The notes under the pieces: model-generated | Database searches by the model: none | The model's input: only the letters and a program-made list of their open reading frames with translations | What the model was told of the DNA's origin: nothing | Program-made: the position numbers and the translations under genes | Part shown: one piece after another, positions 18,300 through 26,917 of the stretch | Layout: each line of letters starts with the position of its first letter | How positions within the stretch are numbered: position 1 is the stretch's first letter | Assembly: GCA_963697335.1 (NCBI GenBank) | Contig: CAVONQ010000006.1 | Location: 97,237-161,236 of the forward strand | DNA: 64,000 bases | Reading direction: 5' to 3' | Origin: an uncultured cyanobacterium | GTDB taxonomy: Bacteria; Cyanobacteriota; Cyanobacteriia; PCC-6307; Cyanobiaceae

Positions 18300-19967
18300 T
18301 CACCGCTGCATCAACTCACGCATGATCCGTCGCTGGGCGTCAAGGGCCTCCTGGTAGCGATCGAGCAGATCGGGATTCAGCTTGGTTGCGGCCTGTTCCC
18401 TGGTCAACGCCGCTCCAGCTGGGCGGTTGGGGGCTGGGCCGGGGCGTGCGGCCTGGGGCGAGGGCATGACGCGGGCGGGCGGCGGGTTGACTGCCCTTGG
18501 TGGAGCGGCCGCCCTGGGAGCCGGGGGAACGGGGCGGGGAGCGGGAGCCGCCGGCCCGGGGGCAGCAGTGGCTGGGGTGGAAGCGGCCTGGGCCAGTTGG
18601 CGTGCCTGCACCATGGCGAGCTGGGTGGTGGGTACCACACTCAGCAGGTGACCTGGAGTGGCATCAGCGGGGTAGACGAGGCTGACGCGCACCGGATAGC
18701 CACTCCCCCCTCCAGGCAGATTCAGGGTGGCCAGGGAGAGACTCTCGCCCGAGCGCATGCCCACATGGACCTCCTGCAGTCCCTGGGGTGTGCGGATCTG
18801 GATCGAGCCGCGGAAAGCGGTGAAGGTGTTGACACCTGGGATCGTGGGGTGACTCAGCACCAGCTCGTAGGGGCCGGAACCTTTCAGGTTGAGATCCACA
18901 TCGAAGCGCACGCCGTAGGTGCCGACGTTGTCGAGGGAGGAATCGACCATGCGGCTGGCCAGTTGGTTCACCTGCACATCACGGGTGCCGAAATGATGGC
19001 GGTCGGTGCTGGTGAGCGGCACATGCAGGGGGCCTTCCCGCTTCAGGTCATGGGTGATCGAGGCCTGGTATTCATCCCCCAGGGCCACCCCTCCGACCCG
19101 GGAAAACACCCGGCGGTTCTTGATCGCAGCCACCTGATTGAGGTACACGCGCCCGGGCGCCAGGCGGCGCTGATCCAGCACCCTGACCAGATCTGCATCG
19201 CTGTAGGGATTGCTGGCGGCCACCACCGCCATCTGGAATGGCCCGTTGCTGTGTCCTCGCAGCAGGGCATTGGCGATCCCGAGGGCCGGCAGCTGGGTGC
19301 GGAACAGCACCACGCGGCTGCGGGCAGGAATGGTGATCGTCTCGCTGAGACCACGGTCCAGACCACCCCTGAGCATCTGGACCGCAGTGGCATCCCCGGG
19401 GCCGGTGTTCCAGGGCCGGACACCCAGGGGCTTCACACCCATCAGATTGTTGGCCAGGTAGGGCGCCTGGAAGCTGTTGCGAACAGCACCCCGATCAAAG
19501 CTGATCTGAACGGGTCGTTGACCTGGGTTGATCAGGATCAGCCCGAGGGTGAGCTCGGTGCGGCGCTCACCGGGGCGGATCTGCTTGCGGTAATCAGGAA
19601 AATACTTGTGGTGCATGTGCACCCCGAAGTCACCGTTGAAGGTGAACTCGGCGTTCTTCAGGGCCGCGCCGTTTTCGGCCGCGTAGGTCACCCCGGCTTC
19701 AGTGGTGATCAGGATGCCCGGACCCTCCACCTCTTCGGGCTGGTTGGAGTGCAGCACAGGCACGCTGTTGAAGCTGCCATTGAGGGCCCTGGCCCGTTGA
19801 CCGGCCATCAGGGCCACGGCCGCTTGGGCGGGTTGGGCCGGGACGCCAATCGTGGCGATGGCCACCACCAAGACCATGCGACAGAGGCCGCCTGGGTTTG
19901 GCAGCAGCCGGGAAGCAACCAACGATCTCAATCGTCTAAGGGGGGAAAGTGCTGGGGTGCGGTGCAC
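18300..19967 (-). CDS. DUF3370 family exported protein
   Basis: VPVLHSNQPEEVEGPGIL, GTYGVRFDV, YPADATPGHLL, Pro/Ala-rich tail; start uncertain. Confidence 0.75.
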   Translation of the reverse strand: MHRTPALSPLRRLRSLVASRLLPNPGGLCRMVLVVAIATIGVPAQPAQAAVALMAGQRARALNGSFNSVPVLHSNQPEEVEGPGILITTEAGVTYAAENGAALKNAEFTFNGDFGVHMHHKYFPDYRKQIRPGERRTELTLGLILINPGQRPVQISFDRGAVRNSFQAPYLANNLMGVKPLGVRPWNTGPGDATAVQMLRGGLDRGLSETITIPARSRVVLFRTQLPALGIANALLRGHSNGPFQMAVVAASNPYSDADLVRVLDQRRLAPGRVYLNQVAAIKNRRVFSRVGGVALGDEYQASITHDLKREGPLHVPLTSTDRHHFGTRDVQVNQLASRMVDSSLDNVGTYGVRFDVDLNLKGSGPYELVLSHPTIPGVNTFTAFRGSIQIRTPQGLQEVHVGMRSGESLSLATLNLPGGGSGYPVRVSLVYPADATPGHLLSVVPTTQLAMVQARQLAQAASTPATAAPGPAAPAPRPVPPAPRAAAPPRAVNPPPARVMPSPQAARPGPAPNRPAGAALTREQAATKLNPDLLDRYQEALDAQRRIMRELMQR

Positions 19968-20206
19968 TTGGACGGGCCTGCGCCGCAGAGAATTCCTTTA
20001 AGAGCAGACGCCGTACAGGGAGCAACCATGCACTCGAGGGAAATGCGAGGACGTCCGCGGCGCTGCATCAGACCGACGGGGCCTTGATCACCCTACCGGA
20101 GACGATCCCACTCCCTTCAGCCCCAGCTCCCCCGGGGAAAGGATCGAGGGCCCGCTCTCAGACGGGCCGTGCCACCGCTAGAACCTTGTTCTACGACTCC
20201 ACTTCC

Positions 20207-20398
20207 ATGTTCCTCTCCTTCGGATGCTGCGGCCCTGCTGAGCCCTCCGCCGATGGGCTCCGCCGCCACCAGGAGCGCAAGCTGCGCATGTTGCGCTTCT
20301 GGCGCGATGGCATCGAGCGCCAGCTGGCGGCGGTGAGCGCGGCGATCAGCACCCTGGAACAGCAGATGCAGCGGGATGCCGCTGAACCTCAGGGCTGA
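20207..20398 (+). CDS. Small coiled-coil hypothetical protein overlapping the sigF 3' end
   Basis: RMLRFWRDGIERQLAAVSAAISTLEQQM, coding-like codon use. Confidence 0.6.
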   Translation: MFLSFGCCGPAEPSADGLRRHQERKLRMLRFWRDGIERQLAAVSAAISTLEQQMQRDAAEPQG

Positions 20399-21155
20399 TC
20401 AGCCAGCCCCGCAGCTCGGCGAGTCCCCTGCGCAGCCGGCGTTGCACGGTCATGGGGCTCACCTTGAGGGCCGCTGCCGTTCTCCTGTAGCTCCACCCCC
20501 CCAGCACCACCTTCTCCACCACGAGCCGCAGGGGCTCCTCCAGCCGGGCCAGCAGCGCCGAGGGAGCCTCCAAGGGAGCATGGTCCTCGTGACTTGGGCC
20601 CGCTTCCTGGCTGATCACAGCGGTGGAGCAGTCGTGGGCCCCATCGTGAACTCCCTCCAGCTGCAGGGCCTCCAACGAGGGCAGACGCACCAACCGCTCG
20701 GCGGCCAGCAGCTGCTGCCAACGGTCCTGGCTCAGGCCCAGCAGGCGGCGCAGCTCATCCTCCGTGGCCGGGCGGTGGTGGGTGGCGAACCACTCACCCC
20801 TGACCCGGGCCAGCTGCTGCCGCTGTTCATCGAGACGCCGGGGCAACCGGATCGGCAGAGCCACATCACGGAGGTAGTGGAGCATTGCCCCACGGATATG
20901 GGGTCGGGCGAAGGCCTCAAAGGGAGTGGCCGTGGCGGGCCGGTAGAGCTCCGCGGCCCGCAGCAGTCCCATCAACCCCACCTGGATCAGGTCGTCAAGG
21001 GGCTCAGGGGAGCGGAGGTGGTAATGCAGGGCGATCGGCCGCACCAGGGCCCTGTACTGCTCCACGCGGCGGTTGCGGGCCTCGACGCTGCTGGCGACTG
21101 GAGCCGGGGCGAGGCCAGGGACGGGGTTGGAAAGTGTGGCTGTAGAGGTCGTCAT
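20346..21155 (-). CDS. sigF: Group 3 RNA polymerase sigma factor (SigF type)
   Basis: DDLIQVGLMGLLRAAE, IRGAMLHYLRD, IRLPR, region 4 VSPMTVQRR. Confidence 0.85.
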   Translation of the reverse strand: MTTSTATLSNPVPGLAPAPVASSVEARNRRVEQYRALVRPIALHYHLRSPEPLDDLIQVGLMGLLRAAELYRPATATPFEAFARPHIRGAMLHYLRDVALPIRLPRRLDEQRQQLARVRGEWFATHHRPATEDELRRLLGLSQDRWQQLLAAERLVRLPSLEALQLEGVHDGAHDCSTAVISQEAGPSHEDHAPLEAPSALLARLEEPLRLVVEKVVLGGWSYRRTAAALKVSPMTVQRRLRRGLAELRGWLISPEVQRHPAASAVPGC

Positions 21156-21274
21156 AGGGGGGTGCCAACGGAAGAGTGGCTGGGAGCAACCCCATGGGGC
21201 TGTCCCGTTTCCAGCGACGCCCATCCCCCGCCGACCTGACAACCGTGGAACCACCGAATCTCATGGCCTGGGCC

Positions 21275-22102
21275 TCATAGCGGTGTTGCCACCCGCCGCA
21301 GCAACTCCCAGGGGCCGTGGCACAGCAGCCAGGAGAGATCGGAGCGCTGCGTGGCCAGGAGATAGCCGGCGAACCCCAGCCCATTGACGCTGTAGCCGGC
21401 GCAGTGCTCCTGCTCCCGCCGCACCGTCAGAAACCACTCGTCATCGAAGAGCAGGTTGTAGGGATGGCGCGGCTGGGGGTCCCGCTGGGGATCACCCAGG
21501 CCCAGCTCTTGCGCATGGTGCAGGTAGAGCGCCTCCAGCTCCGAGGGATCGTGGGGGCACTGGCGGGCACTGAGCCGGTAGCGCCAGGGCCAGGGGCGGG
21601 TCTGCTGGCGGAGCTGGCTGCGGAACGTCTCCACCAGGGGACAACTGGCTTCGTCGGCGTGGCGCGGCAGCAGCTGCAGATGGCGATGGGGCTGACTGGC
21701 GCCCGCAGCGGCGCAGCTGTTGAAGAACCAGAAGCCCGCGGTGTCCGCCGCCAGATAGGCCACGGCCTGCCAATCAGCCAGGCCGATCCAGCCGGCCTGG
21801 GGCGCCCAGTCCTGCGTGATCACCAGCAGGTGGCCGGGCTGAACGGGGAACTTGTTGAGCAACAGCACGTGGCTGTGGCCCAGTCGCTCCACCTCCAGCG
21901 CCCGATCCCAGGGCAGGAAGGGGTTGGGCCGAGGCCCCTCCCGGCGCAGGTGCTTGGGGGTGGCGCTCAGCAGACGGCGCAGCACAAAGGGCTGCAGGGC
22001 GGGCTGGGCCACCAGCTCGGTGCGCAGCGGCACCAGATCACCACTCGCCCTGGCGGCCTGGGAGATCTCCAGCGCCGCCTTCCAGAGGCGTTCAACCCGC
22101 AC
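21275..22102 (-). CDS. ATP adenylyltransferase (Ap4A phosphorylase) family protein
   Basis: NPFLPW, LLNKFPV, FFNS..AGASQPHRHLQ. Confidence 0.85.
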   Translation of the reverse strand: MRVERLWKAALEISQAARASGDLVPLRTELVAQPALQPFVLRRLLSATPKHLRREGPRPNPFLPWDRALEVERLGHSHVLLLNKFPVQPGHLLVITQDWAPQAGWIGLADWQAVAYLAADTAGFWFFNSCAAAGASQPHRHLQLLPRHADEASCPLVETFRSQLRQQTRPWPWRYRLSARQCPHDPSELEALYLHHAQELGLGDPQRDPQPRHPYNLLFDDEWFLTVRREQEHCAGYSVNGLGFAGYLLATQRSDLSWLLCHGPWELLRRVATPL

Positions 22103-23129
22103 CGGCCTTCAGACGCGCCAGGGAGGCCCCCTGGTAGTAGTGGCCGAGGATCTGGTTGTAGAGGTAGCCCTGCTTGGCGAGGTCCTGGGCGCCGTGCTGG
22201 CTCATGCTGGCGCCGAGGTGGCCGTGGGCTTCCAGGGTGATCTGCCGGTTGGCGGCATAGAGGCTCTCCACGATCGCGCCCTGGTAACTCAGGATCAGCC
22301 CGGCGGTGGAGGCTGCGGCCTGGCGGGTCGGCTCGCTGACACTGGCCATGCCCCGGTAGGCCTGCCAGCGGGTGGTGTCGCCCAGGTGCCAGTGCCGATC
22401 GGCGGGTCTGGCCATGTGGGCCAGGGCGTAGGAGCGGGCCGCCACCGCCTGGGCCCGCAGGGCCTCCGGCGACCAGCTGCTGGGCATTTCCGCCCCCACC
22501 ACCGAGGTGATGTACGTCTCGAGGGGCAGATGGTTCACCAGCCGCAGCTGGCCCTCCTGCTGGATCAGCCGGATGCGGCCGGCATAGGGCTGACCGTTCA
22601 CCAGCAGGGCATCGCCGCTGGTCTGGAACCAGGCTTCCGGCACGGCCTGCAGGGCACCGGAGAGACGCACCCTCTCGCCGGCCCCGCCCTGCTGGAGCAG
22701 GGCCCCGTCGCGGCTGAGCAGTTGCCAGGGCCCGCGGGCCGAAAGGCTGGGGGCGGCGCCGGCCCGTAGCAGGGCCACGCGGATCTCGAGGTCGAGCGGG
22801 GCTGCGGCGGCGGGCTCCGCCAGACCCAGCGAGGGGGCCTCAGGGGTGGGCAGGGGGGCCATCCTGCGGGCCTCGAGGCTGCGCAGCTGGTCGGCGGCCG
22901 CATCCGTGTCGAGGGCCGGCGGCGGCACCGCCATCAGCGTGTCAAGCAGCTCGCCCTGCACGGTCCCGTAGGACTGGGGCGCCAGGGTCTGGGCGGCGAA
23001 GCCCGTGGCCACGGCCACGACGGCCAGGGGCGTGGCCACCAGCACCTGACGGGTGAAGGGGCTGTTCAGCCTCAGCCCCAGGGGCCAGGCCAGCCGTCTC
23101 CAGGGCCGAGATGCACGTGTCCGTCCCAC
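22092..23129 (-). CDS. SpoIID/LytB domain protein
   Basis: LVNHLPLETYITSVVGAEMP, EALRAQAVAARSYA, GHLGASMSQHGA; start uncertain. Confidence 0.85.
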   Translation of the reverse strand: MGRTRASRPWRRLAWPLGLRLNSPFTRQVLVATPLAVVAVATGFAAQTLAPQSYGTVQGELLDTLMAVPPPALDTDAAADQLRSLEARRMAPLPTPEAPSLGLAEPAAAAPLDLEIRVALLRAGAAPSLSARGPWQLLSRDGALLQQGGAGERVRLSGALQAVPEAWFQTSGDALLVNGQPYAGRIRLIQQEGQLRLVNHLPLETYITSVVGAEMPSSWSPEALRAQAVAARSYALAHMARPADRHWHLGDTTRWQAYRGMASVSEPTRQAAASTAGLILSYQGAIVESLYAANRQITLEAHGHLGASMSQHGAQDLAKQGYLYNQILGHYYQGASLARLKAGAG

Positions 23130-23971
23130 AGGAGATGTCCCGATCCGCTCAAGCGGATCATGCCTGAAAACGCGTCTTCGCACACCATCCCACCCGGCCT
23201 GGGGGAACACTGCCAGCCCGCCACCTTGGCCAGCCCCAGCTGCTGCAGCCACCAGGGAGCCACCAGAGCGTGGGCTGAGCCCGTCACGGGATCTTCGTCG
23301 ATGCCCAGCCCCGGCGCCAGAAAACGGAGCTGGTAGCGGCAGGTCTCGTCGAGGACCGTCGGCGCCGGCGGCCCCGCGGCAGCGATCGGCTGCATCAGCA
23401 CCAGTCCCTGGCGTTGGCCGGGCGGAACGGCGCTGGCCGGCAGAGCGGCCGAGGCCAGGGGGGCGGAGCCCGGCAGCAGCACCACCGTGTAACCCAGGGG
23501 TGAGGTCCAGTAGCCCTCGACGCCGCAGGCCAGCCATGCACTCACCAGGGAGCCCAGGTCCTGGGGCAGCGGGGCAGGCACCAGGCCACTGCTGGGCAGC
23601 ACGATCCAGCCGGCGCCCAGGCCGTCTGCCGACGTTGCCGGGCTGGCAAGCAGCCTGGCCTCCAGGGGGCCGCTGAGGCTGTGGAAGCGCAGCGTCGACC
23701 CTGGCGCCACCAGCCCCCAGTGCCCCAGGGCCAGCAGCGCCGCCAAGGTGGCATGGCCGCACAGGGCCACCTCACAGGTGGGCGTGAACCAGCGGAGCTG
23801 CCACTCCTGCTGGCGCTGCCAGAGGAAGGCGGTTTCCGACTGGTTGAGGCTGCGGGCCAGTCCCTGCAGGCAGCTGTCCGGCAGGGGCTGGTTGACCAGC
23901 ACCACAGCAGCACCGTTGCCGCTGCAGGGCTCCGAGGCGAAGGCTTCCACCAGCACTGCAGGCAGCTTCAT
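23072..23971 (-). CDS. PhzF family protein
   Basis: GNGAAVV, NQSETAF, EVALCGHATLA, EDPVTGSAH. Confidence 0.9.
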   Translation of the reverse strand: MKLPAVLVEAFASEPCSGNGAAVVLVNQPLPDSCLQGLARSLNQSETAFLWQRQQEWQLRWFTPTCEVALCGHATLAALLALGHWGLVAPGSTLRFHSLSGPLEARLLASPATSADGLGAGWIVLPSSGLVPAPLPQDLGSLVSAWLACGVEGYWTSPLGYTVVLLPGSAPLASAALPASAVPPGQRQGLVLMQPIAAAGPPAPTVLDETCRYQLRFLAPGLGIDEDPVTGSAHALVAPWWLQQLGLAKVAGWQCSPRPGGMVCEDAFSGMIRLSGSGHLLWDGHVHLGPGDGWPGPWG

Positions 23972-24924
23972 GGCTGCGCCCGTGGCTGGGGCTGGGGCTG
24001 CAGCTCCCCCTGGGCCTCGGACCGCAGCTGGCGCAGCATCAACGCCTGGGCCGCCTGCAACGGACTGCAGCGGCCATCCAGCAGGGCCACCACCTGGGCC
24101 GTGATCGGCAGCTGCCAGCCATGGCGCTGCGCCAGCACCAGGGCCGCCCGCGCCGTGCGCAGGCCCTCCACCGTGGCACCGATGCTGCGCTCCACCTCCG
24201 CCGGGGCCAGCCCCTCCGAAAGCAGCCTGCCACTGCGGTAGTTGCGGCTGAGGTCGCTGCTGGCCGTGGCGATCAGATCACCCAGGCCGGCGAGGCCATA
24301 GAGGGTGGCGGGCTGGCCGCCGAGGCCGGCGAGCACCACGCCGATCTCCGCCAGGCCGCGCGTCAGCAGGGCCGCCCGGGCGTTGGCCCCCAGGGCGAGG
24401 CCATCGGCGACGCCGGCAGCCACGGCGATCACGTTCTTGAGCGCCCCTGCCACTTCCGTGCCGATCGGATCGGGATTCGTGTACAGCCGCAGGGTGCTGC
24501 CGCTGAGCTCGGCCTGCAACCGCTGGGCCAGGGGCAGATCGTCGCTGGCGAGCACGGCAGCGGCGGGAAGGCCCTGACGCAGTTCCGCCGCCAGGTTCGG
24601 GCCGCTCAGCACCAGCAGGGGCACCGGGCCGAGCTGGCGCCGCCAGAGCTGGCTCGGGGTGGCCAGCAGGTCGAGGTCGAGGCCCTTGGTACAGCTCAGC
24701 AGAGGCGTGCCCGAAGGCCAGTGGGGCCCGAGCCGCCGGCTCAGGCTGTCGATACCGGCCATCGCCACGGCCGCCACCACCAGGTCTGCCCCTGGCAGCA
24801 CGCCGGCGGGGGCGACGCCATCGCGCCTGGACCAGATGCTGAGGCTGTGGCCCTGCTGCTGCCACAGCTCGGCCAGGGTCTGGCCCCAGGCTCCGCGGCC
24901 GAGCACGGCGATGCGAAGGGGCAT
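23968..24924 (-). CDS. gpsA: NAD(P)H-dependent glycerol-3-phosphate dehydrogenase
   Basis: LGRGAWG, LSGPNLA, GALKNVIA, GLAGLGDL, SRNY. Confidence 0.93.
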   Translation of the reverse strand: MPLRIAVLGRGAWGQTLAELWQQQGHSLSIWSRRDGVAPAGVLPGADLVVAAVAMAGIDSLSRRLGPHWPSGTPLLSCTKGLDLDLLATPSQLWRRQLGPVPLLVLSGPNLAAELRQGLPAAAVLASDDLPLAQRLQAELSGSTLRLYTNPDPIGTEVAGALKNVIAVAAGVADGLALGANARAALLTRGLAEIGVVLAGLGGQPATLYGLAGLGDLIATASSDLSRNYRSGRLLSEGLAPAEVERSIGATVEGLRTARAALVLAQRHGWQLPITAQVVALLDGRCSPLQAAQALMLRQLRSEAQGELQPQPQPRAQP

Positions 24925-25009
24925 GGGGGCAGTGCGGCGTAGAAGCCGACAAGGTTGGCACCATGGGGCTTCGTCGGCTCCCCCCTGGGCCCGCTTCCCC
25001 TCTGCCGCC

Positions 25010-25756
25010 ATGGCCCGCGCCGAATCCGTCTTCCACTCCTGGTGTGGTCGGGCCCTGGTGGTGGGCTGCGGCGGCATCGGCCAGGCCCTGCTGCGGGAGC
25101 TGGCCCGCCGGGCGCCTGGGCTGGAGTTGCTGGGGGCCTCCCGCCGCGACTTCCGCACGGCCGGGCCTGGCGTGGGCTGGTTGCCGGTGGATGTGACCAG
25201 CGACCACAGCCTGCAGCAGCTGGGCGAGAGCCTGGCCCAGGGCCCTCCCCTGCGGCTCGTGCTCAACAGCACCGGCCTGCTGCATGACGCCGAGCTCAAG
25301 CCCGAGAAGCGGCTGGCCCAGGTGAAGCGAGCCTCCCTGGAGCGCAGCTTCGCGGTGAACGCCTTCGCCCCGATCCTGCTGGCCCAGGCAATCGAGCCGG
25401 TCCTGCCCAGGCAGGAGCCATTCCATCTGGCCAGCCTGTCCGCCCGGGTGGGCAGCATCGGCGACAACGGCCTGGGGGGCTGGTATGGCTACCGGGCGGC
25501 CAAGGCCGCCCAGAACCAGCTGTTGCGCACCCTGGCCCTGGAATGGCGCCGGCGGCTCCCCCTCGGCTGCGTCAGCCTGCTGCACCCCGGCACCACAGCC
25601 ACGGCCCTCTCCGGGCCCTTTCAGGCCAACGTGCCCCCGGATCGGCTGTTCAGCCCCGAGCGGGCCGCTGGCCACCTGCTCGACGTGCTCGAGGGGCTCG
25701 GACCGGAGCAGAGCGGCCGTTTCTGGGCCTGGGACGGAGCGCCGATCCCCTGGTAG
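25010..25756 (+). CDS. SDR oxidoreductase (CsgA/C-factor-like)
   Basis: GCGGIG, SARVGSIGDN.LGGWYGYRAAKAA, LHPGT. Confidence 0.85.
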   Translation: MARAESVFHSWCGRALVVGCGGIGQALLRELARRAPGLELLGASRRDFRTAGPGVGWLPVDVTSDHSLQQLGESLAQGPPLRLVLNSTGLLHDAELKPEKRLAQVKRASLERSFAVNAFAPILLAQAIEPVLPRQEPFHLASLSARVGSIGDNGLGGWYGYRAAKAAQNQLLRTLALEWRRRLPLGCVSLLHPGTTATALSGPFQANVPPDRLFSPERAAGHLLDVLEGLGPEQSGRFWAWDGAPIPW

Positions 25757-25777
25757 CGGCCACGGCTGGGGGCCAGC

Positions 25778-26161
25778 TCAGGCGGCGTTCTGGCGCAGCA
25801 CCTCCAGGGGGATCACCTCCAGGGTGCTGGCCTCGGTGGCCTGCAGCCGCACCGGTGGGGCCATGCCGTCCTCATAGGCCTCCAGCCAGCGCGGTGCGCA
25901 GACGCACCAGTGGTCGCCGGGACGCAGGCCGGGGAAGCCGTACTGCGGCGCCGGGGTGCTCAGGTCATTGCCCTGGGCCCGGCTGTAGGTGAGGAAGGCC
26001 TCATTGACCACACAGCAGACGGTGTGGCGGCCCAGGTCGGCGCCGTTGGTGCGGCAGTTGCCGTCGCGGAACCAGCCGGTCATCGGCTCACAGCTGCACA
26101 GCTCCAGAGGATCCCCTAGCACGTTCTGGTCGGCCACCGGCCTGGCACTGGTCTTGGTCAC
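25778..26161 (-). CDS. DUF2237 family protein
   Basis: NVLGDPLELCS..PMTGWFRDG, GNDLSTP, WCVCA.RW. Confidence 0.85.
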   Translation of the reverse strand: MTKTSARPVADQNVLGDPLELCSCEPMTGWFRDGNCRTNGADLGRHTVCCVVNEAFLTYSRAQGNDLSTPAPQYGFPGLRPGDHWCVCAPRWLEAYEDGMAPPVRLQATEASTLEVIPLEVLRQNAA

Positions 26162-26313
26162 GTGGTCCGAACAGACTGCGCTGACCAGTCTGGCGAATGT
26201 GACGGACTGCCCGCCATCTCGGCAAAGTTCGGCCAGATGGTTGACGGATTCCGGGGGGGAGGCGTTAAAGGTCGGAGAGCGCGATCAATCCGTCGTTCTG
26301 TGCGCCCCCCTAC

Positions 26314-26541
26314 ATGAGCTGGGAATTCACCGAAGATGCGGCCTTCCTGGCCCTCTGCGATGCCTACAAAGAAAGTGGTGAACCGTCTGCCATGGAGTTC
26401 CTGGCCCATGGGGAGGGGGCGTTCCACTTCCAGGAGCTCACCCAGAACGCTGCTGGGGAGGGCCTCGACCTCAGCGACTCCTCCGACCTGGAGGAGTTCC
26501 AGCAGGAGGTGATCGACAGCCTCGAGGAGATGTGCAGCTGA
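26314..26541 (+). CDS. Small acidic hypothetical protein
   Basis: 75-aa ORF with coding-like codon use. Confidence 0.7.
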   Translation: MSWEFTEDAAFLALCDAYKESGEPSAMEFLAHGEGAFHFQELTQNAAGEGLDLSDSSDLEEFQQEVIDSLEEMCS

Positions 26542-26585
26542 GGCCGGAGTCCAGCACCTGCCCTATGCCTCGCCAGCTCCGGTGA

Positions 26586-26858
26586 TCAGCCGTAGAAGAA
26601 GGCGATCTCCTTGGCCTTGAGCCCCTCCCAGCCGGCCGCCTTGAGGCGGGCGTCGAGGCTGGCCTGGTCCAGGTGTTTGGAGCCGGTCTTGACCACCCGG
26701 TTGCGCATCGATTTGGTCACGCCGCTGCGGGCGCGGCGGCTTTCGAGCTCCATCACCTCGGTGTAGAGGCTGAGCATGCCTGCGGGGATGGGTGAACCGT
26801 CCAGGTCCACACCCGCCTGGATGGCGGCATCGACACCATCAGGACCGGCAATCGCCAT
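26586..26858 (-). CDS. DUF4090 family protein
   Basis: GVDLDGSPIP, RARSGVTKSMRNR, KEIAFFY. Confidence 0.75.
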   Translation of the reverse strand: MAIAGPDGVDAAIQAGVDLDGSPIPAGMLSLYTEVMELESRRARSGVTKSMRNRVVKTGSKHLDQASLDARLKAAGWEGLKAKEIAFFYG

Positions 26859-26917
26859 GGAGACTCCAGGGAGGAGGCCCCAGGCTACGGGGCATTCAGG
26901 CGCCATCCGGCACGCCT

